Shown: one piece after another, positions 59,827-64,000 of the stretch
How positions within the stretch are numbered: position 1 is the first letter of the stretch
Layout of the letters: every line of letters begins with the position of its first letter
Source of the DNA: Clostridiaceae bacterium
GTDB taxonomy: Bacteria > Bacillota > Clostridia > CAYPLH01 > DUMO01
Reading direction: 5' to 3'
Assembly (NCBI GenBank): GCA_012839865.1
Contig: DUMO01000019.1
Location: 62,001-126,000, forward strand
Length of the DNA stretch: 64,000 bases
Made by a program: the position numbers and the translations under genes
The notes under the pieces: model-generated
Seen by the model: only the letters and a program-made list of their open reading frames with translations
Databases searched by the model: none
What the model was told of the DNA's origin: nothing

Positions 59827-59978
59827 TTGATTCATCCCTGCATATTATTTTCTTCATTCCAACAGTGGACTTGCAAAGCAGCAAACCTGAATACTCAAGC
59901 CAGCTGAAAGCCAGCCAGGACAGTCGCCGGGATGAAGGTGCATCCTGGCCTGACTCTACTGTTTCAAAGCTTTGATTT

Positions 59979-61202
59979 TCAATTGCATATTTCAAATATT
60001 TCCCCTTGCCAGTTTCTGAATACTGCCCTGCCATTTCCTATATACAGCAGATAATTGGGCAATATCGGCGTTTTCCCGAGTCCCTGGGGTCCATTTACAA
60101 TATAAGTAGGAATTGCCATGCCCGAGGTGCATCCTCTCAGACTTTCCATAATCTCAAGACCTTCCTGTATGCTGCACCAGAAATGGCTGGTTCCCTTCAC
60201 ACTCTTCGGATGGAAGATATAATAGGGCTTTACTCTTATTTTCAAAAGTGCCTGGTTCAGCTTTCTAACAACATACTTGTCATTATTTATCCCTTTTAGC
60301 AGCACCATCTGGTTTCCAAGGGGAATACCCGCATCAGCCAGCATGCCACAGGCTTTTTGCGCTTCAGGGGTTATTTCCATGGGATGATTGAAATGCACAT
60401 TTACATAAATCGGGTGGTATTTTTTCAGTATACCCACCAGATTCGGTGTTATCCTTTGGGGAAGAGTAACCGGGGTCCTTGTGCCAAACCGGATAACCTC
60501 CACATGCTCTATTTTCCGAAGCTCCGCCAGCAGCCATTCTATCATTTCATCAGGCAGCATGAAAGAATCTCCGCCGGTTATAAGAACATCCCTTATCTCA
60601 TGGTTAAGCTTGACATAATTAACTGCGCGTTTGAGTTTCTCCTGGGAGACGCTTGTGTCAAATTCACCGATTAATCTTCTTCTCTGGCAAAATCTGCAAA
60701 ACATTCCGCATATGTTTGTCACCTTTATTATCAACTTGTCGGGATACCTTCTTGTTATAATTTCCTCAACCGACGAAGCCTTTTCATTCATGGGGTCCAG
60801 CTCCCCAATGTCGTTCAATTCATCAATTGAAGGGATGCATTGCTTCATAATCGGGCAATCCTCATTCTCAGGGTCCACAAGAGAAAGATAGTAGGGTGAT
60901 ACTGCAAACCTGTATTTTTTAGCTATAGTGTTTATATTTTCAATACGTTCAGTTGGTATATCAATTATTTCTGCTATGTCAGCAGCATTTGTAAACCTGT
61001 TTTCAAGCTGCCATATATAATCATTCCAATCCTTCATTGATGCGCCCAGATGCTTCATTATTTTCTTTCTTTGGTGTTTGATCCTTTCTTCATCCTCAAT
61101 GCCTGTTTTTATGCTGTCTTTAACTTCAAGGTAGTCTGTAATATTATCTTTAAGAATCTGAAACCTTTCATTATTTTCTTTCCTTACCACTTCATTCATC
61201 AT
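59979..61202 (-). CDS. eam: KamA-family radical SAM/PLP aminomutase, probably glutamate 2,3-aminomutase
   Basis: RRYPD, CGMFCRFCQRRR, TGGD, HFNHP, NQMVLLKGIND, GLGKTP; RBS GGAGG. Confidence 0.72.
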   Translation of the reverse strand: MMNEVVRKENNERFQILKDNITDYLEVKDSIKTGIEDEERIKHQRKKIMKHLGASMKDWNDYIWQLENRFTNAADIAEIIDIPTERIENINTIAKKYRFAVSPYYLSLVDPENEDCPIMKQCIPSIDELNDIGELDPMNEKASSVEEIITRRYPDKLIIKVTNICGMFCRFCQRRRLIGEFDTSVSQEKLKRAVNYVKLNHEIRDVLITGGDSFMLPDEMIEWLLAELRKIEHVEVIRFGTRTPVTLPQRITPNLVGILKKYHPIYVNVHFNHPMEITPEAQKACGMLADAGIPLGNQMVLLKGINNDKYVVRKLNQALLKIRVKPYYIFHPKSVKGTSHFWCSIQEGLEIMESLRGCTSGMAIPTYIVNGPQGLGKTPILPNYLLYIGNGRAVFRNWQGEIFEICN

Positions 61203-61367
61203 AAAAAGCACCTCCTGAAAATTTTTAACCTTTCAACCTGATTCAATAAACGCTCAAGTCCCTAAGCAAGCTAAACTTTTGGCTTTTACGCTTTTCCTTC
61301 GCATTTTTTCAGAGTTTTCCCGCAAATTTATAGCCTGTTCTTTCACTCTGCAAATTTGCCCTAACAA

Positions 61368-61458
61368 AATAAAAAGCGACTTTAAATCCATCAGGCAGCA
61401 TTAAAATCAACCGGACAATCAGGCTGAAATAAAGCTGAATGGAACTTTTCAGTCGCTC
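61368..61458 (-). terminator. Expression platform of the c-di-AMP riboswitch
   Basis: Minus strand AGCGACT...AGTCGCT-TTTTATTTT enclosing ATTCAGCTTTATTTCA, which is complementary to the aptamer 5' end. Confidence 0.65.
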
Positions 61459-61489
61459 AAAAAAGGCATATTTATTTTTTCCTTTTTCA

Positions 61490-61655
61490 AAGCTTCCGAG
61501 GTTAGCTGACGGGTTCGGACCGAAAAAGCATTAGCCCTACTGAATATATTCAGATTCACCCCAAATTCAAAAGCACCGGTGCCGGAAATAATATTGCAAG
61601 TACCGACCTCTGCAATGGTTCCCCCGTATTCTGGTTAACAGAAATTCAGCTTTAT
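61490..61655 (-). ncRNA. c-di-AMP (ydaO/yuaA) riboswitch
   Basis: Minus strand GCTGAAT...ACGGGGGAACCA...TTGGGGTGAATC...GTAGGG...CCGAACCCGTCAGCTAACCTCGGAAGC. Confidence 0.93.
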
Positions 61656-61896
61656 TTTCATACCAATTTGTTGGTATTTCCCATTGGGCTTATACCATGG
61701 GATTCCACATGGTCTCAACAAGGCCGACAATACACCTGTTGCATGTCAAATTTAACATGCGGTTATTACCTATAATGGATAAAAGACGTCTACAAACCCC
61801 GTTGAAGATCCGGTTAAGGGATAAAGAAATAATCAAATATTTCATTTAATATGTTTTATGCCATATAGTATAACACATTTGCATTTAATTGTCAAA

Positions 61897-63520
61897 TTAA
61901 TTTTGGAGAGTTTTTGGAATTGTAATATTTCTCACGGCTTGTGATACAATATTGAAATCATTTGTCAGAATCGTATCAATCCCCATTTTTAAAAAGTTTA
62001 CAGCTTCCACAGGGTCATCAGACCAAAATACGTTGCATATTATGCCGTGTTTATGCGCCTTATCTATCATTTCCTGGTTGAAGTAAGGTTTATAAAGCTG
62101 CACCTTTTTACAGCCATATTTTATTGCCCTGTCAACAATTCCCCAGGGGTCTTTTCCGGCACCACAGCAAAGGCACAGATCAGGAGCCATTTCCCCTGCC
62201 ATTTTCAGTACATTATTATTTACGCACATTAAATATACATAATTTCGACAATCATATTTATCGATTAAATGAACAATTTTGTTAAAGACATCCTTTTTCA
62301 TACTCACATGTATTATCTATTGTTTTTATGTGTATATTCATCACGGTATGACAGGCAAATTTCTTAAGAATATCCTCAAATCTGAGAATTTTCAACCCCT
62401 TAAATTTTTCTCCGAATTTTATACCGAAGTCATACTTAAGCAATTCTTCATAAGTATATTCATACACCTTTCCAATGCCGTCTGAAACGCGCTCCAGAGT
62501 GCTGTCGTGAATAGATACAATTTCTTTGTCTTTGGTATACCATAAGTCAAATTCTATTTCATCAGTACCCATGGCAACTGCCGCACCAAATGCAGGCATG
62601 CTGTTTTCGGGCGCAATTGTACTAAACCCTCTATGTGCACAAACTCTCGGATAAGGCATGATACTGTCAGGCAAAATAATTGCGCTTCCGGCCTGGCGAT
62701 ATTTCCATGGGCGGCGGCCTTTTTCAACATATTCATAATGGGCAGAATGCGGTTTCCCGAAACCCGCAGGTTTATAATATTTTTCACTAATGTCAATATC
62801 AACAGTTTCAATACCAACACGGCTGTACATATTTACAAGAACTTCTCCCCTGGGTGAAACCACCATACTGCCACCGCCAATATGGCTGTTTTCATCCATG
62901 GAAACTGAAGAACGAATCACATAGGCATTTGTATTATATGCCAAAAATTGCGTCATGATCTTGATTGCCTCATGAGTATCAGATCTTTGGTGAGAGCATA
63001 CAATTACAACATCTATATTTCTGCGTGCGATATTTGAAAAAGCTTCGTAAAAATAAGAGTCATAACAGGTAAGGAATGCAAACCGAACCCCTTCAATATC
63101 CATTGTCACAGGTTCAGAATACTCAAAAGAATACCCGCCATCCAGATGCATTTTTGAAACTTCATCAGGAGTCAGATGCTGTTTAAAGTATTTTCCAATA
63201 ATTTTTCCTGTCCTGTCAAAAGCGTAAGTAGTGTTACGATAACCTTTTTCCGTCTCAAATCTTGCATTTACAAACAACAGGGCATTGCATCTCTTTGCTG
63301 TTTGAGAAGCCTTTTCCAAAAGAATTTTGTTAAACTTTTTTACACTTGCTTCGCTTTCGGATTTGGTTGAAGCAAAGCAGGGTATGTCGCAGGATTCAGG
63401 CATGACAATTATGTCCATGGAATCATCGCATTTATCCATCAATCGGAGCAGTTCCGCAAACAGCTCCTCCGACATGCTATAGTCAGTTGAATACTTAGGT
63501 TGAATAATACATATTTTCAT
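61897..63520 (-). pseudogene. Carbon-nitrogen hydrolase-GDPD fusion interrupted by a 1-nt frameshift
   Basis: MPE/YFKQH/TCYD triad, then AHRG, PENS, EIEFD; deleting one base of the T5 run at 62294-62298 joins both ORFs as CEYEKDVFNKIV. Confidence 0.75.
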
Positions 63521-63803
63521 TTTTCTACCTCCAGTTCAATTCTACCAACTGTATTATAACTCGAGTGAATTGAAATAGCATATTCTGTAAAGAGAGTATT
63601 ATTGTGAATCCGCAGCATAAACCAGGCGCATTATGCTGTGCGGAGGCATTTCAAATTCTTTATTTATATCAATATCAACAGGACGATCAATTATACATAG
63701 AGGTTCTTCGAAGGTATTCTGACTGCGTACGTTTGTAAATGTCAATAAAAATTTAGGCCAGTTACCGGAGTAAAATTAGGCCACCAATTCATAAAAAATT
63801 AAC

Positions 63804-63998
63804 CTACATCTGATTGCTTTGAAAGAGCCTGCTTAAACCTACCATTCCGCGAATACATTCCAGATTATTGTATAAGAAGTGCGGATTAATCTGCGCCTGC
63901 AAGAATACTATCTTTTCCTGCAGATAGTCCAACTGGGCTTTTGTATATTCCTGATTAACTCTCTCAATCCTTAAAACCATTTCATTAATGGAATTTGT
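63804..63998 (-). pseudogene. 3' end of a truncated YesM-type histidine kinase (runs off the window)
   Basis: ...FLQAQINPHFLYNNLECIRGMVGLSRLFQSNQM*; stop about 24 codons after the H-box His, with no HATPase domain following. Confidence 0.78.
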
Positions 63999-64000
63999 AA

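Noticed and set aside
63804..63806. Pyrrolysine readthrough of the kinase TAG
   Set aside because: A TGA follows four codons later, and similarity is already lost before the TAG.

Overview
A 64-kb chromosomal window from a low-GC Firmicute; gene content and regulatory RNAs suggest class Clostridia (inference). It mixes core genes (prfB with its programmed +1 frameshift, trxA, glgP, adhE, alaRT, pit, ridA) with carbohydrate-scavenging accessory genes (an Lpl-type ABC importer with a YesMN-like two-component system, GH38, GH109, GH123/DUF4091-like). Four cis-regulatory RNAs are readable directly: a guanine-type purine riboswitch before an NCS2 permease, an Ala(GCA) T-box before alaRT, a yybP-ykoY riboswitch before a P2-type ATPase, and a c-di-AMP riboswitch before a probable glutamate 2,3-aminomutase. 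I found no tRNA, rRNA, cas gene, integrase or transposase. I cannot prove a novel system from sequence alone. The best leads are: (1) a membrane-anchored DD-carboxypeptidase homologue lacking the catalytic Ser and KTG motif; (2) c-di-AMP-gated beta-glutamate synthesis; (3) a dispersed REP/MITE-like family with GGGGACGGTTCT...AGAACCGTCCCC ends at three loci; (4) a nitrilase-GDPD fusion split by one extra base; (5) a 989-aa exported protein with three PsbP-like repeats; (6) a Cache-AraC/PLP lyase/ceramidase-like trio. Several start codons were re-assigned from the ORF track using RBS position and family N-termini.
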